This document shows positions 9,201-19,329 of a stretch of 64,000 nucleotides of DNA, in pieces. The stretch lies in NCBI GenBank assembly GCA_951813605.1, contig OX638379.1, positions 752,471 to 816,470 of the forward strand, in the 5' to 3' direction. This stretch comes from an uncultured Bryobacterales bacterium (GTDB taxonomy: Bacteria; Acidobacteriota; Terriglobia; Bryobacterales; UBA6623). Made by a program: the position numbers and the translations under genes. Position 1 is the stretch's first letter; every line of letters begins with the position of its first letter. The notes under the pieces were generated by a model. It ran no database searches. It was not told the DNA's origin and saw nothing but the letters and a program-made list of their open reading frames with translations.

Positions 9201-12170
9201 ATGCAAGTTCGCTTGCTCCTAAGAACTTTCTTGGGTGTGTTTCTAGGGTGCATCGCAACTCTGGCGCAACTGGACACCGGCAGCGTTCTCGGGACCGTTT
9301 TCGACTCCAGCAGAGCCGTTGTAGCTTCGGCCCGAGTGGTCATCGAGAATCAAGGGACGGGGGTCGGGGTGGAGTCCATGACCGATGCACAAGGCAACTT
9401 CCTGGTTCCCGTGCTTCCGGTTGGAACCTACCGGATCACGGTGTCGTCCGAAGGGTTCAAGAGCCAACTGAAAGAGGACATCCGCCTGCGGGTCTCGGAC
9501 CGTGTCCGGCTGCTGTTCTCGCTCGAGCCGGGATCCGTCACGGAAACAGTGACGGTTAGCGGGCAGGCGCCGCTTGTGGAGACAGCGTCTTCGACCCTTG
9601 GTCTTGTGGTCGAGACGGAACAGATCAACGCGCTGCCTCTGAACGGGCGCAACATTAGCGACTTGCTGCACCTGGTGCCGGGAAACGTGCTGCGCACGCA
9701 GGGCACCAAGCAAGCGTTCAACGGCGTCAGTCTGTTTCGGCAGCAGGGTGGCTTGCGCTTCCTGCTGGATGGCGGGGACGCCAGCCGGATCGACTTTGAC
9801 ATTCTCGACAATACCTACGGATCGAGCAAGGGGCGGATCTCTCGCGCCAGCGCCGAGGCCATTCAGGAGTTTCGGGTGTACACCAACTCCTATTCCGCGG
9901 AGTTCGGTCAGACGCTGGGAGGCGTGGTCAACGTGATCACAAAATCAGGTTCCAATGAAATGCACGGCTCGCTGTTCGAGTACTTTCGGAACGAAAAGCT
10001 CGACTCACGGAACTATTTCAACCACGCGGGTGACAAGCCGCCGTTCCGGTTGAACCAGTTCGGCGCCTCCCTTGGCGGGCCGATCGTGCGGGAAAGAGTC
10101 TTTTTTTTCGCCAACTACGAAGGCATCCGACAGCGTCTTGGAAAAGTGCAGAACGCCTTGGTTCCAACAGCGGAATTCCGCAATACTGTGGATCCGGCTG
10201 TCAAGCCAGCAATAGACATGCTGCCCTTGCCGAACGGGGCGATTTCCGACGGCGAACCGCGGTTGGGGTGGTACAACCGCGGGGTCGCGGACAGGCTTGA
10301 AGAGAACACGATGGCCGTCAAGATCGACTTTCGGGTGTCGGACAAAGACACCGTGAACTTCCGCTACAACCTCAATCAGAACGAAACCGGGGACTTCTTC
10401 GGTGTGGCGCGCGGCCAAGAGAAAGTGGCTCCCGGCCGTTTGCAGCTGGCCAAACTTACCTACAATCGCGTGATTTCGCCGACCGTCTACAACGAGGCCG
10501 GTTTTGCCTTCAACCGCATGCGCATCGATCCACGCAGCGCTGAGACAGACGAGATCCTGAATTTCCCAATCGTGTCACTGGGCAGCGGATCAGCCGGGGT
10601 GGGGCCAAGCGGGTTCGGCCTGCTGGTTGCCAACAACTCCTATACGTGGCTGAATACACTGTCGTGGGTTCAAGGAAGGCACCAGCTGAAGGTCGGTGCG
10701 CAGATCATTCGCAACCAGGACAACAAGGCAGGCATCTTCCAAATGAATATCAGCTATCTTTCGCTGGAAGATTTTGCCCGCAATGCTGCCTGGGCGATCA
10801 GCACCTGGGGCCAGCCGCGGGCCGGGATGCGCAACACATACAACAATCTCTTCATCCAGGACGATTACCAGGTCAACCAGAAGGTGACGTTGAATCTGGG
10901 GCTGCGCTATCAGTACGACACGGCTCCAACCGAATCGCGCGGCCGGATGGCAAACTTCAATCCGGCTACGGGTGACCTGGACCCCGTGGGCACCAAGGTG
11001 TTGAATGCACCCGCGACCAACTTTGATCCTCGGATCGGTATCGCGATCTCGCCATTTGCGTCCAACAACACTGTGATCCGGATGGGTTACGGATTGTTCC
11101 ACGCGAGCTTGAACGCGGCAATGGCGCAAAACATCCCGAACAACATCTTCCAGCAGACCGCCTCCGTCAATGCCTTGGAAGTTGAGAACCTGAAGGGCTT
11201 TCCCCCGCCGACGAACTTTAACTTCTTGACCGGGGCGAACATCACCGCGCTTCCGAGAGACCTTAAGCAGGCATATACGCAGCACTGGAACCTCAACATC
11301 CAGCAGGGCCTCGGCCAGCATGCGATGCTCCAGGTCGCTTACCTCGGAAATCGCACCCTCCACCTGACCACCAACGAGAACCTGAACCGGGTCCGCGGCG
11401 GGGTGCGCCCATATCCCAAGTTCGCCAACATCAATTCCGTCCGGGACGATCTTACTTCGACGTACAACGCGATGCAGGTCAGTCTGCGAAAGCGCTTGAG
11501 CAAGGGCCTAAGGGCAAATGTCAACTACACCTGGTCGCATGCGCTGGACGACGGCGGAATTCCCTGGGGCAGCGGCACGCAGGACGACACCAACCCGCGC
11601 GAGGCGTACGCCGATGGCGACATGGACGTGCGGCACGCCCTGCAGTTTGACTACACATACGAGCTTGCCAGCGTGCCCAAGCTGCCGCATTGGATCGGCG
11701 GCGGCTGGCAGATCAACGGGATCACTGTGATGCGCTCCGGCCTGCCGGTGAGTCCGGGGTGCTGGTGCGACCCCTTGGGAATCGGCAATTTCAGCACGCG
11801 GCCGGACCTCGTGCCGGGAGAGCCGCTCTATCCCGCCAACCAGGATATCCCCGGGAATCAGTTCAATATCAACGCCTTTACCGCGCCCCAGCCAGGGACG
11901 CTCGGTAATGCGGGCCGGAACATCCTGAACGGTCCGGCGGCATTGAATTGGGACTTCTCTCTGTTCAAGAACTTCAATGTCGCGGAAGGCCACACCGTGC
12001 AATTCCGGTGGGAGATGTTCAACATATTCAACACGCCTCAGTTCAACAATCCGCATGCGATCATTGCTTTCGCCGGATCGTTCGGACAGAGCACCTCGAC
12101 CCACTCCGTGCCTTTCACCGGCTTCGGGTCGAATCGACAGATTCAGTTCGCTTTGCGCTACTCGTTCTGA
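9201..12170 (+). CDS. TonB-dependent outer-membrane receptor with carboxypeptidase-regulatory-like N-terminal domain
   Basis: 989-aa ORF with GGAGGTG upstream of ATG 9201 and a signal peptide ending ATLAQ. CarboxypepD_reg-like block (GTVFDSSRAVVASARVVIENQGTG...GTYRITVSSEGFKS). Barrel blocks are paralogous to the 3882-7091 receptor. C-terminus QFALRYSF. Confidence 0.9.
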   Translation: MQVRLLLRTFLGVFLGCIATLAQLDTGSVLGTVFDSSRAVVASARVVIENQGTGVGVESMTDAQGNFLVPVLPVGTYRITVSSEGFKSQLKEDIRLRVSDRVRLLFSLEPGSVTETVTVSGQAPLVETASSTLGLVVETEQINALPLNGRNISDLLHLVPGNVLRTQGTKQAFNGVSLFRQQGGLRFLLDGGDASRIDFDILDNTYGSSKGRISRASAEAIQEFRVYTNSYSAEFGQTLGGVVNVITKSGSNEMHGSLFEYFRNEKLDSRNYFNHAGDKPPFRLNQFGASLGGPIVRERVFFFANYEGIRQRLGKVQNALVPTAEFRNTVDPAVKPAIDMLPLPNGAISDGEPRLGWYNRGVADRLEENTMAVKIDFRVSDKDTVNFRYNLNQNETGDFFGVARGQEKVAPGRLQLAKLTYNRVISPTVYNEAGFAFNRMRIDPRSAETDEILNFPIVSLGSGSAGVGPSGFGLLVANNSYTWLNTLSWVQGRHQLKVGAQIIRNQDNKAGIFQMNISYLSLEDFARNAAWAISTWGQPRAGMRNTYNNLFIQDDYQVNQKVTLNLGLRYQYDTAPTESRGRMANFNPATGDLDPVGTKVLNAPATNFDPRIGIAISPFASNNTVIRMGYGLFHASLNAAMAQNIPNNIFQQTASVNALEVENLKGFPPPTNFNFLTGANITALPRDLKQAYTQHWNLNIQQGLGQHAMLQVAYLGNRTLHLTTNENLNRVRGGVRPYPKFANINSVRDDLTSTYNAMQVSLRKRLSKGLRANVNYTWSHALDDGGIPWGSGTQDDTNPREAYADGDMDVRHALQFDYTYELASVPKLPHWIGGGWQINGITVMRSGLPVSPGCWCDPLGIGNFSTRPDLVPGEPLYPANQDIPGNQFNINAFTAPQPGTLGNAGRNILNGPAALNWDFSLFKNFNVAEGHTVQFRWEMFNIFNTPQFNNPHAIIAFAGSFGQSTSTHSVPFTGFGSNRQIQFALRYSF

Positions 12171-12174
12171 TGCC

Positions 12175-14847
12175 GTGACCGTACCGAGCGACCGTGCCAG
12201 GCCCCAGGCGGAATCGATCCTCTCCTTGGTAGGATTCCGGCTCGCGCCGAGGGCTTGGCCCAACCGATCGAAACGGCTGGCGAGCGTCCTCGCCGCCGTT
12301 GTCTTCTCCGTGTTCCCGCACGCCGCCTCAGGGCAAGGAAAGGCGACCTACGAGCTGCCCCCCGAGCAGCGTACGGGCTCGATTCGCCAGATTTTTGTCG
12401 TATCCCACAGCCACCTCGACATCGGGTTCACCCGGCCGCCGGACGAGGTTCCCCGAGACTACAAGGACAGCATCGACACTGCGATCCGGCTTGCTCGCGA
12501 GCATCCTGATTTCCGCTGGACCATCGAATCCGCCTGGATGCTCCAGGAGTGGTTGCGGCGCACCGACGATGACGAACTGGTCGACGAGCTGAAAGGCCTG
12601 CTGCGGGAGGGACGGCTCGCTTTCGGTGTGGCATTCGGCAACATGCACAGCGGGCTGATGGGCGCCGAGGAATCCAACCGGTTGGTTTACCTGGGTCACA
12701 AGCTCAGGCGTCAGCTCGGGCTCGAGGGCTCGCTGGCTTTCCAAAACGACGTGCCAGGGTTCAGCTGGGCGTTTCCGCGCGTGCTGGCCGGAAGTGGAGT
12801 CAAGTACCTGGTCAACGGTCTTAACCTCTTCATCGGAGGTGGAAACAACCTCGGGGTCGCCAAGAATCCCTTCTATTGGGTTGGCCCGGACGGCAGCCGG
12901 GTTCTGACCTGGTTTGCCTACGACTCCTACATGGAGGGATATCGCTGGAATCTGGGAGCAGAGTTCCCGGCAGAGGATCTGGAGCGAAGCGTCCCGAGAC
13001 GCCTGGCCTGGCTGGAGCAAAACGGGTACCGATACGACACTTACATGCTGATGCGGGCCACAGGGGACAATTCCGGTCCTCTCGATGCCCTTGGCGTCTT
13101 GGAGCGGATTCGCGAATGGAATCGCAAGCATCCCGAACTCCCCATGAAGATGTCGACTGCGGACGAGTTCTTTCGCTACCTGACGGACAAGTACGAAGAT
13201 GACTTCCCGGCTGCCTCGGGGGATGCGACCGGCCACTGGGCAACGGTGAAACTGCGTGTGCCGGAAACTACCGGCAAGATGCGCCAGGCTTCGAGCGCTT
13301 TGCCGGCAGCTGAAACGGCCGCGACGATCGCCTCGATCGTTCACGGCTCAACATTCCCGCGTTTTGACTTTGAGGAAGCCTGGCAGACCATCCTCACGTT
13401 TCAGGAACACACCACCGGGAGCGGGCCGTGGCCTGACTACCATAGCCGCTGGGAGGCTGACTGGAACGAGGCGGCCCAGTACGCCTTCTCGCTGATCGGC
13501 TACTCCAATACCGAGCAGCAGTTCAGGAAGGCACTGGACCGCCTGGCTGCACCGGTGGAGCGCCGGAACGCCGAGAAGGCACTGATGGTCTACAACGGCC
13601 TTTCGTGGCGTCGAAGCGGCCTGGCGGTGGTCGAAGGCTTGCCAGCTGAGCTGCACGAGGGGCCGCTGGTCGCGGTTGATCTCGCCAGCGGAGAAGAGTT
13701 CCCTTGCGAGGACATTCCGGACACCCGGCGGCACGTCATGTTCTTCGCGCGCGACGTGCCGGCGGTCGGCTATCGGCTGTATTCGATCAAGCGGGCTGGC
13801 GGGTCGGGTTCGGCTCCGCGCGGGGCATTCCGGTTGCGGGGCACTTGGGATGATTCCGGTACGCTCACCTCGATTCTCGATTCGGAATCCGGCAGGGAAA
13901 TGCTCCGTGCCGAACCGCAGCGCGCGTTCGGTGGCTTGTACGTCGCTCTTGACCGCAGGCAACACGAGGAAGCGCGAATCGGCTCCGCGGAAGCCCGGAT
14001 AACTGAAGGGCCGCTTTCCCGCCGCGTGGAATTCGAGCGGGCCGGGTCGGCTCTTCCTCTCACAGTCCTGACCACCTACCGCGACGCGGACTACGCGGAC
14101 TTGGCGTTTGATGTGGACCTGAGAGTGCTGCGGGAGGAGACGGCACACCATCAGGCCTATGGGATATCGTTCCCGCTGGCCGACAGCCAGGAGTTGTTCG
14201 TCGATGGGGCGGGCTTCGTGGCACATGTACCGAAGGACCGGTTGCCCGGAAGCGATACCCCGCAGTACACGCCGCAGTTTTTCACCCATGTGCAGCGCGC
14301 TCCGGATTGGGGCGTGACCCTCGCGAACAAAGATGGCTTCTGCATTCGTCCGGACATGCTGTTCCTGGTGAGTTGGGAAGACATGCTCGTGCAGACTCGC
14401 GAGGAGGGGCTCCACAGAGTCTTCCGCGGCGAGCCGCAGAGTTCCCCCATCCAACGGTTTCGGTTCCGCATGGCGATCCAGCCCGGGAGTCCCGGGGAAT
14501 GGAAGCGCTTCGGTGCTGAGCTGAACCTGCCCTTGCGTGCCCGTTTCGTCCAGTCTGAAGGCATCCCGGCAACACGCGAGTTTTTCCACATAAGCCACCC
14601 AGGCGTGCGGCTGCTGGCGTTCAAGCCGGCGCAGTTTCACCCCGGCTGGTACATGCTCAGGCTGCAGGAAATCGCCGGAGCCGCTGCAGAGCGCGTTCAG
14701 CTAACGACTCCGCTTCCGATCTTCGACGCCAAGCTTGCCACCACAGTCGAGGAATTCACTGGTTCCACATTCGATCTCGCGAACTTTTCCCTGGAGCCCT
14801 GGCAGACACGAACAGTCTTGGTGAGGGTTCGCAATCAGGAGCTTTGA
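12175..14847 (+). CDS. Glycoside hydrolase family 38-like protein (alpha-mannosidase-like), secreted
   Basis: The long ORF overlaps the receptor's 3-prime end, so the real start must lie after 12170. In-frame candidates are GTG 12175 and TTG 12226. Signal-like segment LASVLAAVVFSVFPHAASG. GH38-N-like blocks VVSHSHLDIGFT and QNDVPGFSWAFPRVLAGSGVKYLV. The family call rests on motifs only. Confidence 0.55.
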   Translation: MTVPSDRARPQAESILSLVGFRLAPRAWPNRSKRLASVLAAVVFSVFPHAASGQGKATYELPPEQRTGSIRQIFVVSHSHLDIGFTRPPDEVPRDYKDSIDTAIRLAREHPDFRWTIESAWMLQEWLRRTDDDELVDELKGLLREGRLAFGVAFGNMHSGLMGAEESNRLVYLGHKLRRQLGLEGSLAFQNDVPGFSWAFPRVLAGSGVKYLVNGLNLFIGGGNNLGVAKNPFYWVGPDGSRVLTWFAYDSYMEGYRWNLGAEFPAEDLERSVPRRLAWLEQNGYRYDTYMLMRATGDNSGPLDALGVLERIREWNRKHPELPMKMSTADEFFRYLTDKYEDDFPAASGDATGHWATVKLRVPETTGKMRQASSALPAAETAATIASIVHGSTFPRFDFEEAWQTILTFQEHTTGSGPWPDYHSRWEADWNEAAQYAFSLIGYSNTEQQFRKALDRLAAPVERRNAEKALMVYNGLSWRRSGLAVVEGLPAELHEGPLVAVDLASGEEFPCEDIPDTRRHVMFFARDVPAVGYRLYSIKRAGGSGSAPRGAFRLRGTWDDSGTLTSILDSESGREMLRAEPQRAFGGLYVALDRRQHEEARIGSAEARITEGPLSRRVEFERAGSALPLTVLTTYRDADYADLAFDVDLRVLREETAHHQAYGISFPLADSQELFVDGAGFVAHVPKDRLPGSDTPQYTPQFFTHVQRAPDWGVTLANKDGFCIRPDMLFLVSWEDMLVQTREEGLHRVFRGEPQSSPIQRFRFRMAIQPGSPGEWKRFGAELNLPLRARFVQSEGIPATREFFHISHPGVRLLAFKPAQFHPGWYMLRLQEIAGAAAERVQLTTPLPIFDAKLATTVEEFTGSTFDLANFSLEPWQTRTVLVRVRNQEL

Positions 14848-15399
14848 GCTCCCTGGCCGGGACCAGCGATTGGCCTGATCGACGGGGCCTCGCGACCCAG
14901 CGCATTCGCTGTTTCTTGCCCGGCCTTCTAGAGCGGGCGAGCAGAGGCCCGTCCTGGAACGAGTCTTGGCCGTGTGCGGAATGGCTCGAGCCGTGCGAGC
15001 CTGCTCGGCTCAGGCCACCCGTCTCGAGCGAATCAGCGGCAACAGAGTGATCGAGACCCTTTCGCGAGAACAACTGATCGATTCCTTCACCAAAGGGCGT
15101 GGGAGAAGTCAGGCAAGCAGCAAGGAACGGTTGCGACCAGCGGCGACTTGAGGTGACGGGATCATCTACGGGATGGAGTTCAGTGTGCACTTTGGCATCG
15201 AGTCGGGAGGTTCTGTCGCCGGCGAAGTGCAAGAGCAAACGCCTGCCCGAGGCAATCACTCTTCGGCGGCCCATATCGCGCCGCTGTTCAACGGCTTGGA
15301 TGCAGCCGCCGTCCACGGGCTCAGCATTGGACACCAGCAAATAGTCATGAACACACTCTTGCCGTTGTCGCAAGAGCGTTGGCGCTCAACGGCCAAACA

Positions 15400-15486
15400 A
15401 AGAAGCCACGCATCGCGGTCGGTGGGATCTCTGGCGAATCCAACAGCTTCTCGGCGGACCCGACGGACTTGGATGACGTCGCCGGG
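15400..15486 (+). pseudogene. Short remnant resembling the N-terminus of an MlrC/M81-family (DUF1485) peptidase
   Basis: The translation KKPRIAVGGISGESNSFSADPTDLDDV resembles the conserved start of MlrC-like proteins (RIA-GGI-HE-N-FS). No full-length ORF follows. The frame runs into the 3-prime end of the opposite-strand TPR gene. Confidence 0.3.
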
Positions 15487-15689
15487 CGATCGATGCGGCG
15501 CGCGCACAAGATCCATGAGGAGACTTCAGCTCCCAGCGCGAAGTGGGCGGCTACATCGGAGGGGGCGTCGCTGCAGTCTATTCCTCGGCCCGCAAGCCAT
15601 GCGCCCCTCGACGACTCGTCCCTCCCGGCTGCAAATGGAACTGTGCACTCCTCGGACACTCTGGAGCACGCAATGCTTGGGGGCGCCGC

Positions 15690-17234
15690 CTACTCTGGCG
15701 GGGTGATTTCCAAGGAAGCTCCGGCTTCGGTTTGCTGTCGTTTACGGGCATCCAATGCCTGATATTGCGCAAGTGCCTCCCGGGCCTGCTCGCGCATTCC
15801 CAGGCGCTGGCACGCTTGGGCCAATTGGTAGTGGATGCTGCCGTCTGTATCAAGATCGAGAGAGGCCTGCAAATGCGGCAAGGCCTCGTCCGGCTGGTCT
15901 AGCGCCAGATAGGAGCGTCCCAGGTCCAGCCGGACCGTAGCTGGGGCGCCGGGCAGGGCAAGAGAGGATTGCAACATCGGAACCGCTTTCTCATACTCCT
16001 GCTCCTGTGCTAGCAAATTGCCTAGCATCGCTGCCCACCGGGGGTCTTCGGGATCCGACCTGTAGAACCGCTCCAGCAGTGGTCGTGCCTCCTCGATGCG
16101 CTTGGCGAGGTACAGCAGTTCTGCCAGCTGCCGCTCCAACTCCCCGGATCCCTGTCCGATCTCAAGCGCTCGACGGCAGGCATCAGCGGCGCTGGAGTAT
16201 TGCCCTTGGGAAGCGAAGATATCTGCCACCAGAGTGAGTTTCTCGATCGATTCCGGCAGGGAGGCCAGCTTCTCGAAGGATTGTTCGGCAAGACTGGCAT
16301 GTGACCGAGCCGCCCAGAACAGGTCCGACGAAGAGGAATCTGCTGCCATGGACGGGGCGAGATCGAACCGGCCCGCGGCGAAATTGCAATCAGCGGATTG
16401 TGCGGCAGCGCAGTCCAGCTCCGGCAAGGATGCGGCCTTCTGTCGCTCGATCCTCGCCCATTCGGGTTGACCCGCGCCCTCGTACACCGAGGCCACCGCT
16501 TCGTGCACGGCCCGGACGCCGGGCTGTCTCTCAAGCGCGCTTCGGAACAAGTACAGCGCGCTCGGATACTGACGGGCCGCCAGCTTTGTCTGGCCGAGAA
16601 ATCGCAGCATGTACGAAGACTCGGGGTCGCGTTGCCGCAGCTGATCGATCGCGTCCGCCGCCAGTTCCTCGTTGCAGCGGACCAAGCCGGCGTAGGCATA
16701 GGGACTTGTCGCGTCAAGGTCCCCAAGGTCCTGCCAGACCCCCGCCGCATGGGAGTGCTCCCCGACCGCCTCCAGCGCCTCTGCGAGCAACACGTGAGCG
16801 AACGGATGCTGCGGATTGATTTGCGTCGATTTTCGGAGTGGAGCAACTGCCTCTGCGTGTCGGCCGAGCCGGGACAGGCTGGCGCCCAGCGCGAAATGGG
16901 CCGGAAACGATGACGGCAGAGCCAGCGCTGCCTCTTGGAGAGGCTGGATCGCCTCCGTGTCTCGGGCGCTGAAATGCAGGGCCATGCCAAGATTGGCCAG
17001 CAGAGTAGGTTCATTCTGGAACTTGCTGGCCAACTCAGCGTAAATCTCGGCGGCTTCACCGAATCTCCGCTCCGCCATTGCCTGGCGAGCGGATTCTGCC
17101 AGAACATTTGGGTCGAACTGGGCCATGGCGCCGACCGCTTGCACGGTCAGAAGGACGGCACCAACAATCGCCTGTCGAACACTCTGAACGCTGAATCTGT
17201 CGTGTCCCAGCACCAACCGCCTGCCCAGCTTCAT
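15690..17234 (-). CDS. TPR-repeat protein, secreted
   Basis: The ORF is open to 17648. ATG 17234 gives MKLGRRLVLG...AIVGAVLLTVQAVGAMAQ (signal peptide) followed by many TPR units. Transcribed divergently from the CRTAC1-family gene. Confidence 0.75.
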   Translation of the reverse strand: MKLGRRLVLGHDRFSVQSVRQAIVGAVLLTVQAVGAMAQFDPNVLAESARQAMAERRFGEAAEIYAELASKFQNEPTLLANLGMALHFSARDTEAIQPLQEAALALPSSFPAHFALGASLSRLGRHAEAVAPLRKSTQINPQHPFAHVLLAEALEAVGEHSHAAGVWQDLGDLDATSPYAYAGLVRCNEELAADAIDQLRQRDPESSYMLRFLGQTKLAARQYPSALYLFRSALERQPGVRAVHEAVASVYEGAGQPEWARIERQKAASLPELDCAAAQSADCNFAAGRFDLAPSMAADSSSSDLFWAARSHASLAEQSFEKLASLPESIEKLTLVADIFASQGQYSSAADACRRALEIGQGSGELERQLAELLYLAKRIEEARPLLERFYRSDPEDPRWAAMLGNLLAQEQEYEKAVPMLQSSLALPGAPATVRLDLGRSYLALDQPDEALPHLQASLDLDTDGSIHYQLAQACQRLGMREQAREALAQYQALDARKRQQTEAGASLEITPPE

Positions 17235-17521
17235 GTTGGCATAGCCAAGGGCCCGGGCATTGGCACAGAAACGGAGTCGGCCCGTCGCGGCAGTTCCTGC
17301 GCCCTTGGAAAAAAGCGTGGGTGAAGACCCGATATCGCAATCGGGCTTTCCGCTGCCCAGCATTTGTCCAGACCGTAGATCAATCCTCGGTGACTCCCTC
17401 CGTTCCCTGGATGAAAGGATGGCTATCTCGCCGCTTGCCGCCAAGGACCCTTGATTGTCCTGGTTGCTTGCTCGATGCCCGGATCCGACTTCAGCTGCAT
17501 CTTTAGTTCGCCGAGGCGGGG

Positions 17522-17527
17522 TACAAT
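17522..17527 (+). promoter_or_regulatory. -10-like hexamer TACAAT, 7 nt upstream of the CRTAC1-family ATG (possible leaderless transcript)
   Basis: TACAAT at 17522-17527 and ATG at 17535. No SD in between and no convincing -35. Confidence 0.3.
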
Positions 17528-17534
17528 TTCGCGC

Positions 17535-19178
17535 ATGGTCCGACCGTCGGGGCACATTTTGGCGCGCTTGGCGACGATTCGGTTGCCGCTGTGTGTCCTG
17601 TTTCTCGGTCCATTTTGCCCGGCTGAGATTCGCCTCGAGCCCGTGCATGCCACAGGGATGCGCTTCACTCTGGAAAACGCACCCACGCCTTCAAAGCGAC
17701 CGATCGAGACCCTGGCCGGAGGACTGGCCGTATTCGACTACGACGCAGACGGCAGGCCCGATATCTTCTTCACCAACGGGGCTGCCCCTGATTCGATGCG
17801 CAAGAGTGCCCCGCGATATCGCAATCGCCTCTTTCGGAATATCGGGGGCCTGAGGTTCCTGGATGTCACGCTTAGGGCAGGAGTCGCGGGGGAAGGGTAC
17901 TCGATGGGTGCGGCGTCCGCTGACTACGACAACGACGGCGATGTCGACCTGTTCGTCGCGGGCGTGTTCCGAAGCTTCCTGTACCGCAATCGGGGCGACG
18001 GCACGTTCGAGGACGTAACCGCGCGATCGGAGATCGACGACTCCGAATGGGTCGTCGCCGCAGGCTGGTTTGACTACGACGGCGATGGGCTGCTGGATCT
18101 CATGGCCATCAAGTACGCAGACTGGTCATTGGACTTCGACCGGTATTGCGGCGAACGAGCTCGCGGCCTGCGTGTCTATTGCCATCCGAAGAACTTCACG
18201 CCGATTGCCAACCGTTTGTATCGCAACCTAGGGAACGGAGAATTCGAGGATGTGAGCGACCAGGTCCGCCTCTCTCCCTTCCGGGGCCGCGGCATGAGCG
18301 TAGCGTTCGCTGACTTCGATGACAACGGCTGGCAAGATGCGTTCGTCACCAACGACTACCTTCCTAATTTCCTGTTCCTGAATCAGGACGGGACCTTCTT
18401 CGTCGAAGACGCCCTGCTGGCCGGGGTGGCGCTGCTGGACCACGGGAGGCCGGTCGCATCCATGGGTGTCGACATCGGAGACTTCGACAACGACGGGAAC
18501 CCAGATCTGTCTGTGACGGCACTGAACAAGGAGACGTTTCCGCTCTTTCGCGACGAGGGCCATGGCTCGTTCCGTGACGCCACGGTACGGAGCGGCTTGG
18601 CGAAGGCGTCTCAAATCTACGCAGGATGGGGTAATGTGTTCGCCGACTTCGATAACGACGGCCAGGTGGATCTCTTCACCGCCAACTCGCACGTCAATCC
18701 CCTCATCGCGGAATTCGAGCCATTCTCCTACAAGCAGCCAAACACAGTGTTCCGCAATCTCGGAGGTGGGTTCGACGGCGCACAAGAGATCGGGGAGCCC
18801 GGTGCACACAGGGGGGCGGGGGTTGCCGACTTCGACGGCGATGGCCGCCTCGATGTGGTGGTTAGTGCGCTTGGGGAGCCGGCTACCCTCTTCCACAATG
18901 TGTCGGAACCGGCTGGAAACTGGATTGCCCTGGACCTTGTCGGCACTGTCTCAAACCGCCACGGGCTCGGAGCCCGGATAAGAGTCCGAAACCAAACCCG
19001 CTGGATGAAGAGCGCTGTAGGCTATGCCTCGTCCAGTCTGCGGCCGATACACTTCGGCATCGGGGAAAGCACAATGCCAGTGACTGTCGAAATTGACTGG
19101 CCAAGCGGGGGGAGTCAAACAGTCGAGTCGGTTCCGTTGAATCAACTCACCGTAGTTCACGAGCCGAGGTACCACTGA
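17535..19178 (+). CDS. CRTAC1-family protein (FG-GAP/VCBS repeats plus ASPIC/UnbV C-terminal domain), secreted
   Basis: ATG 17535 gives a signal peptide (RLATIRLPLCVLFLGPFCPA). Repeated D-x-D/N-x-D-G calcium-type motifs (DYDADGRPD, DYDNDGDVD, DYDGDGLLD, DFDNDGNPD, DFDNDGQVD, DFDGDGRLD). C-terminal UnbV/ASPIC-like block GLGARIRV...HFGIGE...VEIDWPSG. Confidence 0.85.
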   Translation: MVRPSGHILARLATIRLPLCVLFLGPFCPAEIRLEPVHATGMRFTLENAPTPSKRPIETLAGGLAVFDYDADGRPDIFFTNGAAPDSMRKSAPRYRNRLFRNIGGLRFLDVTLRAGVAGEGYSMGAASADYDNDGDVDLFVAGVFRSFLYRNRGDGTFEDVTARSEIDDSEWVVAAGWFDYDGDGLLDLMAIKYADWSLDFDRYCGERARGLRVYCHPKNFTPIANRLYRNLGNGEFEDVSDQVRLSPFRGRGMSVAFADFDDNGWQDAFVTNDYLPNFLFLNQDGTFFVEDALLAGVALLDHGRPVASMGVDIGDFDNDGNPDLSVTALNKETFPLFRDEGHGSFRDATVRSGLAKASQIYAGWGNVFADFDNDGQVDLFTANSHVNPLIAEFEPFSYKQPNTVFRNLGGGFDGAQEIGEPGAHRGAGVADFDGDGRLDVVVSALGEPATLFHNVSEPAGNWIALDLVGTVSNRHGLGARIRVRNQTRWMKSAVGYASSSLRPIHFGIGESTMPVTVEIDWPSGGSQTVESVPLNQLTVVHEPRYH

Positions 19179-19329
19179 CCAAGGGTTTTCTGATTCCCCA
19201 ATAAATGCGTCTCCTCTCCCAGACGTAGAACGGCCTTTCGGCGCTGCAGCTTGGGCACTAGCTTGGCGTGAACGACAAAACCGCCTGGCCGCCCGAGCAA
19301 GATCTCATGCAGGCCATCCTGGAGCGCGA

